Of a stretch of DNA of 64,000 nt, positions 13,964-25,117 are shown piece by piece. Numbering within the stretch: position 1 is the stretch's first letter; each line of letters begins with the position of its first letter. Both the position numbers and the translations under genes were made by a program. The stretch lies in contig CM000435.1 of assembly GCA_000165345.1 (NCBI GenBank), positions 1 to 64,000 of the forward strand. Reading direction: 5' to 3'. The notes under the pieces are model-generated. The model was not told where the DNA came from, did not search any database, and saw only the letters and a program-made list of their open reading frames with translations.

Positions 13964-16900
13964 ATGTGGGAAAACTTGGACCCTGTTTGGGGAACTGGAA
14001 CTTTTGAAAAGTTTTATACAGGTGTGTTTGGAGTTGTGTTGTCGTCGCGTCCGGAAGAGCTGGATGAATGGTGGGATCTCAATAAAGAGTGCGTAAAATT
14101 TGTGGATAATCACATACAATATTTATCTAACCCATTATATTCTTTGCCTCGCGATTCTGCGTTAGACGTGCGTAGTGGTGGTTCTCAATTAGAAGAGTTT
14201 TTGAAAGGAAGATTTACAAAAACAGCAGAGCTACTTTCAGAGCCTCAGATTCTAAGAATATGTGAAGATATGTCCGTTGAGCTTTCTCTGCATCAACTAG
14301 AAGTTTTTGGATTTATTGATTTAGCTCTTCAGGACCCCTCTTTACAATCAGACTCTGGGCAAGTTGAACTTGTTAATTTGTCCTCGACAGTATTAGAATT
14401 ATATTGCAGAGAACTCAAATTCTTGCTTTTAATAATTAGAGAGTTGGCTAATAATAGTCATCCTTGTGTTGTACTGGGCGTTTTATGTGATTCTGAATCA
14501 GAATTTGGTAATCGGGAAGAGCAAGTTTCTTCGGATTCAACGGGTGAATCAAAAGCTGGAAGTGTTTTTACTTCACAATGCCCACCGATATGTATATATG
14601 GATGTTCAATGATCCTAGAATCTGGCTTTGTTCGTAATGCAGTAAATTCAATCTTTCAAAGTATTCAAGAAGTAATCAAGCTTGGCCAGGCCAATATTAA
14701 AACTGACTCACAATCCATGGTAGACCTACCAAGCAATTCTGAGACATCTGATTGCTTGAGAGATCATTATAGAAATGTAATTATTCAGCTGACGGATACA
14801 GTTGCAATCTTATTATCACGATTTTCCCCGAACCTTGATGAAGTAGAAGCATTGATGGAACTTATTCCAAATGCTGCAAGAATGCAGCCCAGTTTTCTTA
14901 CAAATAGACCAACTGCTGCTGACTTTGATTCATGGGATGGATTTGGTGCTCATTTTTCCGATTATGGTGGTAAAAGTTCCGTGTCAGATAGCCAAGAACC
15001 AAAGCAAGTTACCATCGGATCTGATACAAGATTAAGCCTTTCAGCAAAAATTCTTTTAATTATAATCATATGTTTTGATACTATGCCTAACAGATGGAAG
15101 AGAACAAAGAATATTCCAACAGCTCCAAATTCTATTCATGAAGCTCATAGTTGGTTTCGTTCTAGTAACAGATTGCCAATATCTTCAAAAAGTAATTTTT
15201 TTTCAACTAAGCATTCTTTAATAACAAAGCTTTCCCAGGATACAACAGCAAGCACCTCAGGGTCTTTATCAATACAAGAAGAACAAAGTAGAACTTTGTC
15301 AGGAGAGTTTTGGGACATAGATGCTCCTCTAGGAAGGTTCGCTGCATTTTCAATTAATGGAGCATTTGGACAAAATTCAAAGAAACGATTTATGGGTCTT
15401 ACTCATTGGTGTACATTGAGATTTATTCAAGACGAGCTCTTGCCGAGACTAGATCCACAGGACCCAGTTGGATTAGCATTCATTCAAGCCATTTATGACA
15501 TTTGTTCAGTTGCACTAAGCCCAACTCAAGATCCAATTCAGTGGTCAAGAATTCTCCAGCTACAGCGAAGGATATTGATGGAAAGAGACTCAAAAATATA
15601 TTCATCTGAACGAGATAGCACACCTTCTAGTACCATAAGAGCTCAAGCTAAAGGCTCTATTCAAACAAGTAATTCTGAGCCTGTAATATCAATCCTCAGT
15701 CCCCTAGTGCGCTGTTTAGATTCTTTATGCAGAAGATATCCTTTGGCAAGCTGGGGAGCTTCCAAGGTACTTTCTAGCTGTATTGAAATGTTTCCAACTT
15801 TAAGTATGTACTCATCATTTGGAGAAACTGAGGATGGCGCATCTATTTCAGTACCTTTACCTCCAGTACTTTCTGAACTTTTTGTAGACTTGTTAGACCT
15901 TGCAGCAACAATTATGGCAGTTGGACATTACTCTCTTGGACAACAAGTCGCTCATTTTTTGCAGAACCAACCATCAAACTTTTGGTTCCACCTCCCATCG
16001 ATCCTTATTTTCATTTCTAGGACTTTATTGCGCAAGGAAGATATTTTAAGTTTGCCAGAGGAACATCCTAGACTTGGGGTCTGGAGCGGAGCTGGATTTG
16101 ATAATCCTCGCTCTTTTAGACCAATTTTTAGGGCAGTTCTACGGGTTCTAAGCGCAGGTTTTTCATCCAGACTTTGCATTTCATGCCCTCCTCCACCTCC
16201 ACTTCTTAGTCCATCATTGAACCTTCATGATTGTAGGTCGATTCCAGATTTCCTGATCTTGCTTCTAAGAGATTGTTTTGAGAATAAAATGTTTGAAGAT
16301 CCTAAGCTTCTTTACACACTACTTATTGGTTCTCTTGATGTGTTTTCACAGGGTATTCTTCATAACCAGTCATCAGAAGTACTTGCGTTACTTTCCTCGA
16401 AGATTCCCCTTTTATCAAAGGTGCTTCAGCACTCAATTACTCAAAATGATTCCGGAATTTTCCTAATTAAGTTGTTTTCATCTATAATTTCCCTTCAATT
16501 CCGAATCTCCAGTATTAACAACTCAACTTATTATCTTGATAATGAAACTAATAGTGTGGAAGTTAATAACAAAGAGTTCACACATTATGGAAAAGCAGAT
16601 TTAAATGCTAAAGCAAGTTCTTTTAATAATGCTAACGAGGGTTTAAGCAAGTCCCAGCTACCTTTAATAAGGTGGGTAATGCTTGAGATTCTTCCCATTC
16701 TGCATAAATTGAACTCAATTCCAAACGTAAGAAAATGGACAGTTTCTGCGCTGGTACTTAAATTTATAAGGCTTACACTTTCGAATCCTTTGCCTGAAAG
16801 TCAAGAAGATTTCACTGAAGATTCTGATGCAACAATCTGGCTATTCAGATGCCTCTTATCGATAGACTCTCCTTCGTTTCATCAACTGATGGCTCTTGTA

Positions 16901-19900
16901 ATACCTCCTGAAGATCCCTTTCTGACATTTCTTCAGCCCCAAAGCAGAGATATTTCTAGCAGGCCAAAATTGTTAGCAGCTAAAACTGGACTTGAAATTA
17001 TTAGAATATTATTTCAGAGAGATAAGCTTTTCCTTTCATGGGTAAACTATCATAAAGGTTCTCTTCGCAGACTTTGTACAGGTTCCCTTTCTCGTACTGG
17101 GGCTCCAATTAATATTCAAGAGATCTTATTGGACACTGAGGCCCTTGATGCCGTCACATCCTCTGACAGCTCTTTAATTTATTTCCACGAACAATTGGCT
17201 CTGCCAGTTCAGGAAGATTTTTCTCCTGCACAATTTGAGCTACTTAATTTGAAGAAAAACGAATACTATCGGGTTTCTCTTCTCAGATATATTATTATTG
17301 GCACTGACTCGGATCTACTTAAGTCGTCAACTTATATAGCATGCCAATTTCTACATAGAGACCCTGAAACACTTACAGCTCTTCTCACAAGTTCACCCGC
17401 ATTATTGCTACAATTAAGATCATCATTCTCGCGTATATTTTCATCTCCGGATCTTGATAAATTTCCAACTTCTATCCATGGATTCATTCTAGACTCTGAA
17501 GACTCTTTTAATTATATCTGGAATAATCCAAATTCATTTATTTCAGCAGAATCAGAGTCTGGTACAAAAAGTACTTCTCTTGTTACTGATCAGCAAGCAG
17601 TTTATTGGGATGAAATTACAGAGGCTGATCCAACTTCTTCATTATACTCCTGTGAGAATAACCTATTGGGCATGTCATATAAGACCCTTCTTCCAATCCA
17701 CAATGAACTCGAGTTAAACTACATAATTTATATTGATTCACTTGTTGAGTCAGCAGATTTATCTCTTTGGTGCTCATTAAAAACCACTCTTCTTGGGGAG
17801 TTGCCTCTTTCTTCGAAATTGGAAATTACAAGAACTAACGAGACAATACTTAATGGATACCTCCATTTACTTCCTCCTACTTTCATTCCAAATAAATCGT
17901 CTTTATATAACAAAATCTCGAGATTTCACTTAACCAGCACGAGGTCTTTAATTGCTTTCGCGCTATCTAAGGGCATAGAGGACAGATTCTTAATTTCATC
18001 CTCATTGACAGATTCTTTATCAATCCCAAATATTGCAATTTGGACACAATCTAAATCTCAAGATACAGCGTCTTCAGCTGTCCCACTTTTACTAGGACTA
18101 GGGCTTGGAATGGCAACAGATGTGCCTACAATCAAAGAATATCTTATTTTTTCAACATCTAATGATGAAAATTATTCAGCAAAAACTTATGAAGAAATCT
18201 ACATTCCTGATGCTTCTTCTTCCAGTGATGAGTCCACATTCCCATTACTTACTATTATGGACATTCTATCCACACCTCCACAAATTCCACTTTCACATCC
18301 TAATGATCAAAGACCATGCTTTCCCTCCATAGATTTTGCAATTCTTTCTCAGTTGGAGTTTTATTATCTCACTCTTCGTTTGACAGTAAACCTTTTAAAA
18401 ATACCACAACTTTTGGACTTTTCTCTTCGACTTTTAAATGAAAGGCTTAACTCAAGATTTGCAATTCTTAAGGAGCGAATTCTTTTACCTGTAACTTGGA
18501 TACCCCCAGAATATCGCTGGCTTCATTTTCTTCATCTGGCATTAATTGTACATTTAATATCTTCTGAAATATTTGTGGTATCTCAGGTTTCTTCTGCATT
18601 GAAAGAGATTCAGTGCTTAGATTTTCACAACTCACTACTTAGAGACCCATTTTGGCTCTCTTGTATCCAGAACCTTCATGCACTGTTCAGATTATTCCTT
18701 ACTCCCCCAAAAACCTCATCTTCTTCTCACGATCAACTTGATATACTTTCTCCTATTTTGAATATAGCATATTCTTTCCTTGAGAATGATTCATCGCCGG
18801 ATATGGAGCTTCTAATCCAGCAGAATCCCAATTGCAAATTTCTGTTCTGCTCTTTTATTCCATATTTAACAGTTCAAAGCCAAGTTTGTGGTATTTATAG
18901 GACATCTTTGCAGTCTATAGTCCCCGATAACTATGGAAGCCAAAAGTTGATTAAAGACAGATTTCCAATTACCCTCGCACCTTCAATTAGCTCAATTTCT
19001 TGCCGTCTATTTATTAATGAGTACGTGCAACTTCTTGGATTGCTTCTTAATAAATTCTCAAAAGTCTCGCCTTTAAATCACACAGAGTTGGAATCAAGAG
19101 ATCTAGACGCTAACTCCTTTTCAACTTTACAAGCAATAATAGAGCTATGTAGGCCATTTATCAACTTTTCCTTCTTTAAAAAGACTCCAGTACCACTTTC
19201 TTCAGCAATACTTTCGATTTTTTCCCAAACTCTACTCACTACTTTGAGGCACGTCCATGAATCATTTTCTACAGGAACTAGCACGTATAATTATGATGAA
19301 TTATCATTGAGACTATACTTGCCTAATTCTTCGATTTCGGAGATCCAGAGACAGAAAATATGTTTCACAACCATCCAAGATTGTTGTGAAGATCTTGTAA
19401 GACTTTTAGTTGATCTGGAGAAGGTACATTCTTTTAATTATAGTTCCAACCAATATTTCCCACCTGGTTGGAAAAACACGCTTCTGCTTCTCTTATCAAA
19501 TTGTATTGCTATTGACTCGATTCAGTTTTCAAATAAATCTAATCAAGATGCAAGTGAAGCATTCACAAGCTCATTTCTTCGACAAATTTGGCCAGAAGTT
19601 TGGGCAAGTAATAGGAACAAAGCTTACTCTTCCAGCAAATCCAGCTCTGGAAAACCAATTTCTACTTTTGTTGATTTTGTTTCTTTATTAATTAGTAACC
19701 TGAGGATCCCAAATAAACAAAATGAAAATGAAATTCTAAAGAGCTTACATGATTTTCTTCCTTGTAAATTGGATCCAAGAAACGCTTCTTGGGTTTTGAA
19801 GCCACAAGAGGTGATACTTTTGACCCAATTAAATCAATTCAGAAAATTAAAAGATTTTGATGATGGTGAAATTGAAAATGAAAAGTATAGAATTTCTGAG

Positions 19901-21388
19901 CCTTGCCATTGGATTCCTTTCAACTGCGATTTGTCGTATTGCACAAAATCTCAGCAAAATCACTCCTTCCTTTCACTTTACTTGTTGTTCTTAATATACA
20001 ATAAGATACATGTTTCCAACCAATTAATTTTGACAGATCCTTCTTGCTTGGTTCCTTCTATTAATGGTGATGAGCATATCCAAAATCTTTATGCTCTGAT
20101 TGAAAACTCAAAATTCTCTATTCAATGCTGCCATGGAAGTCTTATTTTTTGGAATTACATAACAATTAACTGGATTCGAATCTCTCCATCTTTCCTTAGG
20201 AAGATTATCGAGTCTGATTATATTAGCTGCCTACTTTCCCAAGAAGTGATTTTAACTGCATTACAAGATTGCCACCAACTATTCTTAGATCTTCAGTTTG
20301 TTGGTTCACAAATTTATTTTAATTTGCAGCTTGAAAAGGCTTTTGATAGAATTGAGCTTATAATCTCGATATTTTCTCTTTTACTTGAAATTATCAATAG
20401 GGGAATATTGCCAAAAAATACTCTTGCTGGTTATGGTTCAATTGATAATTTTGAAGTCATTGTTTGTTGGATTGTCAAGCTTGAAGCATTCTTCTCTTCC
20501 TTGTTTGAATTCTTCCTTAAGCATTTATTATTCTGCCAACAAAAGAAATCTGACTGGCAATTCCACACTGAAGGCCAGCAAATACTCAACTCTGGTAGAT
20601 TTGGGAGTATTCTAGTTGTTGAAAAATTCTCGCCCATACTTTGTTCTGTATATTCATTGTTCTCAAAAATTCTTATTACAGGATATCACATTTCTCATAT
20701 TAAATCCAGGATGAATACTGGGAAAGAGAACAAGGTTGATATGAACTCTATGAATCATGGGAATGCTAAAGAACTAGACACAAACTTCATCATTATTAAT
20801 ATATTACATTCTAGGACCGGTCAAATACTTGAATCAGCATCTCAAATGATATCATTGGTGCCTAAAATTGATCAATTGAATTCTCTAATATTTTCATGTA
20901 TATCTTGGTTTGAGTCTGAAGTAGAGTTTCTTTCGCATTACAAGTCTACGAAGTCAGGATTTGAAACAAGTTCTACCATTCACAATTCCCCTTCTCTTAG
21001 TCCTTTTAAGCTTAAGCTCGAAATTGCAAGATGGCTTTCAAATTGCATTTCGTGTTTAACTTCATCTCTCAAAGATGGAATAGAGTCTAAACCACCTCAC
21101 ATTCTGCAGAATCTTGTATCTATACTTGCCAGAGCTTCTCTTACAATTCTTCTCTGCGATTCACAATTTCCAGGTCAACCTTTAACTTCAACAAGCATAC
21201 TTTCTGCAGAGGACCCATTCCAAGAAGCTATTCGAACTTGTATTAGCTCAATTAATTTGATGCTAAGCTCAGAAATAAAAAACAATTTTTTGAACTCAAA
21301 ATTGTCAGAATCTTCTAGAAATTGTAAATCCGAACTGGAATTACTGAAACAAATCAGACTAAAGCTGGAAAGCATACACTATTTCTAA
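13964..21388 (+). CDS. Very large (2474 aa) hypothetical protein, Leu-rich, likely helical-repeat scaffold
   Basis: 7.4-kb uninterrupted ORF; ATGGCGCT box 125 bp upstream. Confidence 0.8.
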   Translation: MWENLDPVWGTGTFEKFYTGVFGVVLSSRPEELDEWWDLNKECVKFVDNHIQYLSNPLYSLPRDSALDVRSGGSQLEEFLKGRFTKTAELLSEPQILRICEDMSVELSLHQLEVFGFIDLALQDPSLQSDSGQVELVNLSSTVLELYCRELKFLLLIIRELANNSHPCVVLGVLCDSESEFGNREEQVSSDSTGESKAGSVFTSQCPPICIYGCSMILESGFVRNAVNSIFQSIQEVIKLGQANIKTDSQSMVDLPSNSETSDCLRDHYRNVIIQLTDTVAILLSRFSPNLDEVEALMELIPNAARMQPSFLTNRPTAADFDSWDGFGAHFSDYGGKSSVSDSQEPKQVTIGSDTRLSLSAKILLIIIICFDTMPNRWKRTKNIPTAPNSIHEAHSWFRSSNRLPISSKSNFFSTKHSLITKLSQDTTASTSGSLSIQEEQSRTLSGEFWDIDAPLGRFAAFSINGAFGQNSKKRFMGLTHWCTLRFIQDELLPRLDPQDPVGLAFIQAIYDICSVALSPTQDPIQWSRILQLQRRILMERDSKIYSSERDSTPSSTIRAQAKGSIQTSNSEPVISILSPLVRCLDSLCRRYPLASWGASKVLSSCIEMFPTLSMYSSFGETEDGASISVPLPPVLSELFVDLLDLAATIMAVGHYSLGQQVAHFLQNQPSNFWFHLPSILIFISRTLLRKEDILSLPEEHPRLGVWSGAGFDNPRSFRPIFRAVLRVLSAGFSSRLCISCPPPPPLLSPSLNLHDCRSIPDFLILLLRDCFENKMFEDPKLLYTLLIGSLDVFSQGILHNQSSEVLALLSSKIPLLSKVLQHSITQNDSGIFLIKLFSSIISLQFRISSINNSTYYLDNETNSVEVNNKEFTHYGKADLNAKASSFNNANEGLSKSQLPLIRWVMLEILPILHKLNSIPNVRKWTVSALVLKFIRLTLSNPLPESQEDFTEDSDATIWLFRCLLSIDSPSFHQLMALVIPPEDPFLTFLQPQSRDISSRPKLLAAKTGLEIIRILFQRDKLFLSWVNYHKGSLRRLCTGSLSRTGAPINIQEILLDTEALDAVTSSDSSLIYFHEQLALPVQEDFSPAQFELLNLKKNEYYRVSLLRYIIIGTDSDLLKSSTYIACQFLHRDPETLTALLTSSPALLLQLRSSFSRIFSSPDLDKFPTSIHGFILDSEDSFNYIWNNPNSFISAESESGTKSTSLVTDQQAVYWDEITEADPTSSLYSCENNLLGMSYKTLLPIHNELELNYIIYIDSLVESADLSLWCSLKTTLLGELPLSSKLEITRTNETILNGYLHLLPPTFIPNKSSLYNKISRFHLTSTRSLIAFALSKGIEDRFLISSSLTDSLSIPNIAIWTQSKSQDTASSAVPLLLGLGLGMATDVPTIKEYLIFSTSNDENYSAKTYEEIYIPDASSSSDESTFPLLTIMDILSTPPQIPLSHPNDQRPCFPSIDFAILSQLEFYYLTLRLTVNLLKIPQLLDFSLRLLNERLNSRFAILKERILLPVTWIPPEYRWLHFLHLALIVHLISSEIFVVSQVSSALKEIQCLDFHNSLLRDPFWLSCIQNLHALFRLFLTPPKTSSSSHDQLDILSPILNIAYSFLENDSSPDMELLIQQNPNCKFLFCSFIPYLTVQSQVCGIYRTSLQSIVPDNYGSQKLIKDRFPITLAPSISSISCRLFINEYVQLLGLLLNKFSKVSPLNHTELESRDLDANSFSTLQAIIELCRPFINFSFFKKTPVPLSSAILSIFSQTLLTTLRHVHESFSTGTSTYNYDELSLRLYLPNSSISEIQRQKICFTTIQDCCEDLVRLLVDLEKVHSFNYSSNQYFPPGWKNTLLLLLSNCIAIDSIQFSNKSNQDASEAFTSSFLRQIWPEVWASNRNKAYSSSKSSSGKPISTFVDFVSLLISNLRIPNKQNENEILKSLHDFLPCKLDPRNASWVLKPQEVILLTQLNQFRKLKDFDDGEIENEKYRISEPCHWIPFNCDLSYCTKSQQNHSFLSLYLLFLIYNKIHVSNQLILTDPSCLVPSINGDEHIQNLYALIENSKFSIQCCHGSLIFWNYITINWIRISPSFLRKIIESDYISCLLSQEVILTALQDCHQLFLDLQFVGSQIYFNLQLEKAFDRIELIISIFSLLLEIINRGILPKNTLAGYGSIDNFEVIVCWIVKLEAFFSSLFEFFLKHLLFCQQKKSDWQFHTEGQQILNSGRFGSILVVEKFSPILCSVYSLFSKILITGYHISHIKSRMNTGKENKVDMNSMNHGNAKELDTNFIIINILHSRTGQILESASQMISLVPKIDQLNSLIFSCISWFESEVEFLSHYKSTKSGFETSSTIHNSPSLSPFKLKLEIARWLSNCISCLTSSLKDGIESKPPHILQNLVSILARASLTILLCDSQFPGQPLTSTSILSAEDPFQEAIRTCISSINLMLSSEIKNNFLNSKLSESSRNCKSELELLKQIRLKLESIHYF

Positions 21389-21515
21389 TTAGAATTCTAG
21401 AAAGAGACTTCCTCTATAAAGAAGAAAATTTATATTAATTAATTCTAGTTTCAATAATCAATTTACGTTATTTCTAATTAATTTCTATAATCTAAGCTTA
21501 AGGTTACAAACAGAT

Positions 21516-23957
21516 TTAACTGTCACATAACAGAACTTTAGAAGGGTTCTTTGTATTTCCTCCCATTCTTACCCCTAATCCATTCCCAATGAACCCCACA
21601 ATACCCAAGCCGTATTCTCTATTCATTTCACCGCTACTTTGCCCTTCATCTTTAGCTCCCTTTGTACTATACGCTTCTCTTTCCTGGTGATTTCCCAGAC
21701 TCCTCTTTCTGTTCATTTCTACTTGAAATTTATCCTTTTGTCCTGCTCCCTGACTCAAAGCTAATAAATCTCTAAATCCTGTGCGTCTGCAAACATAAAG
21801 AGAATTTTTTTGAAGCCTCCTTGGTTCACTTCCTGCAAAAAGCTGTGTTAGATTTTCATTTTCGGTATTGCAAGAGAGTAAGTCATCATACCAAGTATCC
21901 ATACTGTCTTCTCCACAAACAGGAAGTCTTCCTTTGGTCTCCCCTTCTCTTGGGCCGTGGTAACATCTGCAAACCTTATCATAGCTTGTATTAAGTAGTT
22001 TTTCAAATGCTTGGAATGAAATTCCTGTGACATTTTCATTTCCTTTTCCTATAACTTTGGTTACTTCAACATTAAGATCTTCCAAAATACTGTCCTCCTC
22101 AGCTTCTAGTACTGTTGCGGAGCTTAGTCGAATTTTTTCACTACTGACTAGTTTTTTGATATCTCTTGTAGAAATAAGCCCATCTTCATCCTGATCCAAC
22201 ATTTTGAAAGCCATAGTAAGCACATCCTTCCTGCAAGACAGTTTCGGAGATATTACAGCAGCAACGAACTCAATATAGTCGATTTCTCCATTTCCATCGC
22301 TGTCTACTGCATCCAAGAGAAGATCTATATGATGTTGAGGAACTTTAAGCTTTTGTTGAGCTACCAGCTGCTGAGTTGCAACACGCAAATCATAAAGATT
22401 AATCTTGCCAATTTGTCTAGTATCTAATTTATAAAATACATTCCTTAGGTTTTCTATCCATTTATCTGGGCAATACCTTGCAATGACAGTCAATGCAATC
22501 TTTTTTAGTAAAGGAGAGACATAATATCTCCTTAATGATTTAAGCATTGAAATCTGAACAGGGCTGTGCTCAGTAGCCCCAAAGATGTTTCTCCTGGAAG
22601 AATGTGATTCATGAGCTTCAATTCCAGCGATAGGACTCATTTTATAAATTTTATCCGAAAACTGGCTTATCCATGGGTGTTGTAAAGCTCTCATAGCATC
22701 AAATCTTTCGTCTACATTTCGATTTAACAAATTTGAAAGTAAATCTCTTGCAAGAGGAGAAAGAACATTGTAGTTTGGATTCTCGAAGCAAAGTTTTTTA
22801 TTTAATACCTGTGAAATAGTGTCTGCATCATTTACTCCCGGGAAAGGCACTGCACCCATTAGTAATAAGTGGAGCAGCACGCCTGCACTCCAAGCATCAC
22901 ACTTAGGACCATAAGATTCATTTGTGGTATTAAGAACTTCAGGAGCAACAAAATAAGGTGTTCCGGCTTTGGTAGTCATCCCATAATACTCTCCATTGTT
23001 CAATTTATAAAACTCCTTAGAAAGGCCAAAGTCCACAAGTTTTATCTCAAAGCTCTTATTGGTTGAAAACAAAAAGTTTTCAGGTTTAATATCTCTATGG
23101 CAAATTCCTTGATTATGAAGATAATGAAGAGCACTAAAAATCTGGCGCATTATATTGGAAATAAGTTTTTCTCTCTGAACAAAATCTAGAGATTCTCTAA
23201 ATCCATGAATGGATCCATTGATTGCCTCCTCATTGCATTCTGGGCAGGGACATATTTGAGTTTTTACTACATCCATTGCGCACTTCCCTGTAGAATCGTC
23301 AATGAAAACATTAAGCTTGTCCAACAAATGACCACCATGGCAAAGCTCCATAACTAAACATATATATTGTTCATCTTCATAAACTTCATAAAGACGAGCA
23401 ATATTTGGATGGTGCAACTTCTTCATTAGTCGAACCTCTGTCTTAATCCTCTCCACATCCTTTGGATTAATTTGCCTAATCTTGTTTTTATTCATTATCT
23501 TGATTGCTCGGATTGCTCTCGTCTGATTTTCGATTGCGACTCTGACCACTCCATAGGAACCTTGACCAATTGCTCCTTTAAGATGGTACTTTTTTTGTAA
23601 CTCCAATAATGAGCCTAAAGAAACAAATGCATTGTGACTGAACTTCAATTTGAAAGCTGGTGAAAAACACATAGCCTTATCTCTCTCAGAGCTCTCAAGT
23701 TTAGTCCTTGTTCTATAACTTTCGGTGCTCTGACACTTTCGATTACAGCTACTATTTTGGTCAACTTTTCTGCTTGAAGTTTGTCTAACTGGAGTGTTTT
23801 CTATTGAACTTGTAACTCCATCCCTGAGTTTATCAAATCCTATTGATACTCCTTTCCGTTCACTGCTATGAAGATTCTGAGCACTCCTAAGCCCACTTGC
23901 AGGCTTAGAGCCTTGACGACTGACAGGTGTTCGAGTCTTTCCTCGGTTCTTTTCCAT
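21516..23957 (-). CDS. Calcium-dependent protein kinase (Ser/Thr kinase domain + EF-hands) with long N- and C-terminal extensions
   Basis: GQGSYGVV...AIK, HRDIKPENFLF, DFGLS, APE motifs; EF-hand loops DSDGNGEIDYIEF and DQDEDGLISTRDI. Confidence 0.85.
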   Translation of the reverse strand: MEKNRGKTRTPVSRQGSKPASGLRSAQNLHSSERKGVSIGFDKLRDGVTSSIENTPVRQTSSRKVDQNSSCNRKCQSTESYRTRTKLESSERDKAMCFSPAFKLKFSHNAFVSLGSLLELQKKYHLKGAIGQGSYGVVRVAIENQTRAIRAIKIMNKNKIRQINPKDVERIKTEVRLMKKLHHPNIARLYEVYEDEQYICLVMELCHGGHLLDKLNVFIDDSTGKCAMDVVKTQICPCPECNEEAINGSIHGFRESLDFVQREKLISNIMRQIFSALHYLHNQGICHRDIKPENFLFSTNKSFEIKLVDFGLSKEFYKLNNGEYYGMTTKAGTPYFVAPEVLNTTNESYGPKCDAWSAGVLLHLLLMGAVPFPGVNDADTISQVLNKKLCFENPNYNVLSPLARDLLSNLLNRNVDERFDAMRALQHPWISQFSDKIYKMSPIAGIEAHESHSSRRNIFGATEHSPVQISMLKSLRRYYVSPLLKKIALTVIARYCPDKWIENLRNVFYKLDTRQIGKINLYDLRVATQQLVAQQKLKVPQHHIDLLLDAVDSDGNGEIDYIEFVAAVISPKLSCRKDVLTMAFKMLDQDEDGLISTRDIKKLVSSEKIRLSSATVLEAEEDSILEDLNVEVTKVIGKGNENVTGISFQAFEKLLNTSYDKVCRCYHGPREGETKGRLPVCGEDSMDTWYDDLLSCNTENENLTQLFAGSEPRRLQKNSLYVCRRTGFRDLLALSQGAGQKDKFQVEMNRKRSLGNHQEREAYSTKGAKDEGQSSGEMNREYGLGIVGFIGNGLGVRMGGNTKNPSKVLLCDS

Positions 23958-24419
23958 TTTATTATTATTAACTATATGGCCTTGTCGTATTCAAGTACTA
24001 AGTTTCCATAAAACTTGAAATTAGTTCCTTTTAATTTCGTAAAAATCTTCATTCGCAATGATTCCATCTGCACTTCTCTTCTAACTGCCAAGATCTGCTC
24101 GAAAATCACTTTCTCGCGTAAAATCTTGGCTAATCCTGACAATTAATCAATGTTAATGTTTATATAAATGATTTATATTTTGATTTCTCTTTTTCTTTAT
24201 TTTCAACTTCTCAACTTTGTCGTTTAATAGACTGTGGCTCCTTGCATGCCCACAAATGTGGGGAACTGTGCGCGCCCATAACGGCGCTGAAATAATTAGC
24301 ATGAATTAAAGTGTGGACTTTGGAGACTAGCGGGATCAAAAATTAGTTGCACCATTAACTTTAAATCCAGGTCAAGGAGGAAATCGTGTTTTTAAAATAA
24401 CGCAATTTCAAGCGGTAAA

Positions 24420-24800
24420 ATGGCGCAGCAATATATCTATAATACAGACTACATTAATGAGATTAATGAAGAGGTTTATAAAGAAATAGGTATTTCGCAC
24501 GAATTAGAACAATTTGCGAGGAAAGGAATTATACCAAATAAGAATAATAATTTATCCATCCATAACAATACCACTTACGTGAGTAGACCAATTAAAAGTG
24601 TGACATCTGAGAATGCTGCAAATGGAAAATTGAACTCAGTGGCTGGTTTCGGGGTGGTAGCCTTAACTTTGTTAATTATTTATTTGTTAAACAAAATATT
24701 ATTCTGGTTCATAGTAATATCTATTTTTGCGTTTTGCATTTCTGTTGCCACTAGGAGCTTAGGGAATATTGAAGCTAGTGGCAAGAAGTTGCCATTTTAG
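24420..24800 (+). CDS. Small (126 aa) protein with C-terminal hydrophobic hairpin, hypothetical
   Basis: ORF preceded by GC-rich promoter-like patch; two predicted TM segments at C-terminus. Confidence 0.5.
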   Translation: MAQQYIYNTDYINEINEEVYKEIGISHELEQFARKGIIPNKNNNLSIHNNTTYVSRPIKSVTSENAANGKLNSVAGFGVVALTLLIIYLLNKILFWFIVISIFAFCISVATRSLGNIEASGKKLPF

Positions 24801-25117
24801 AATTAAATTGGCTTTTGCGGAAGTATTCAATCTTATTGAATATTTAGAGTCATACATTGTAGCTTTTAACTTATATACGTTGTTCTAATTTTCTTTACTG
24901 TTGCGTAGAAACTTGAATAAACTTGATTCCAAGCAATTTCCAGGTTTTGAACCATTTCTGATTGGGATGACCCAAACAGTGTATCCGAATTATCAGCAAG
25001 TAATTTTTTTTTCACTGCAACCCTAAACAATTTATCAATATTTGATCTATCGCCATTTTTTTTGTTAGCTTGGATTTCTTGATCCGGATCTGAGTATTTA
25101 AATGAAAGTTATTTTCT

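Noticed and set aside
13751-14007. ORFs 13751..13933 and 13810..14007 as a possible 5' exon of the 2474-aa gene
   Set aside because: No donor/acceptor pair puts them in frame with 13964. The E2F box spacing fits a simple start at 13964.
24801-25117. Possible extra 3' exon of HAT1 after a GTAAGT at 25135
   Set aside because: The candidate acceptors give only 1-11 extra codons before a stop. The 423-aa unspliced product is already the full HAT1 length.
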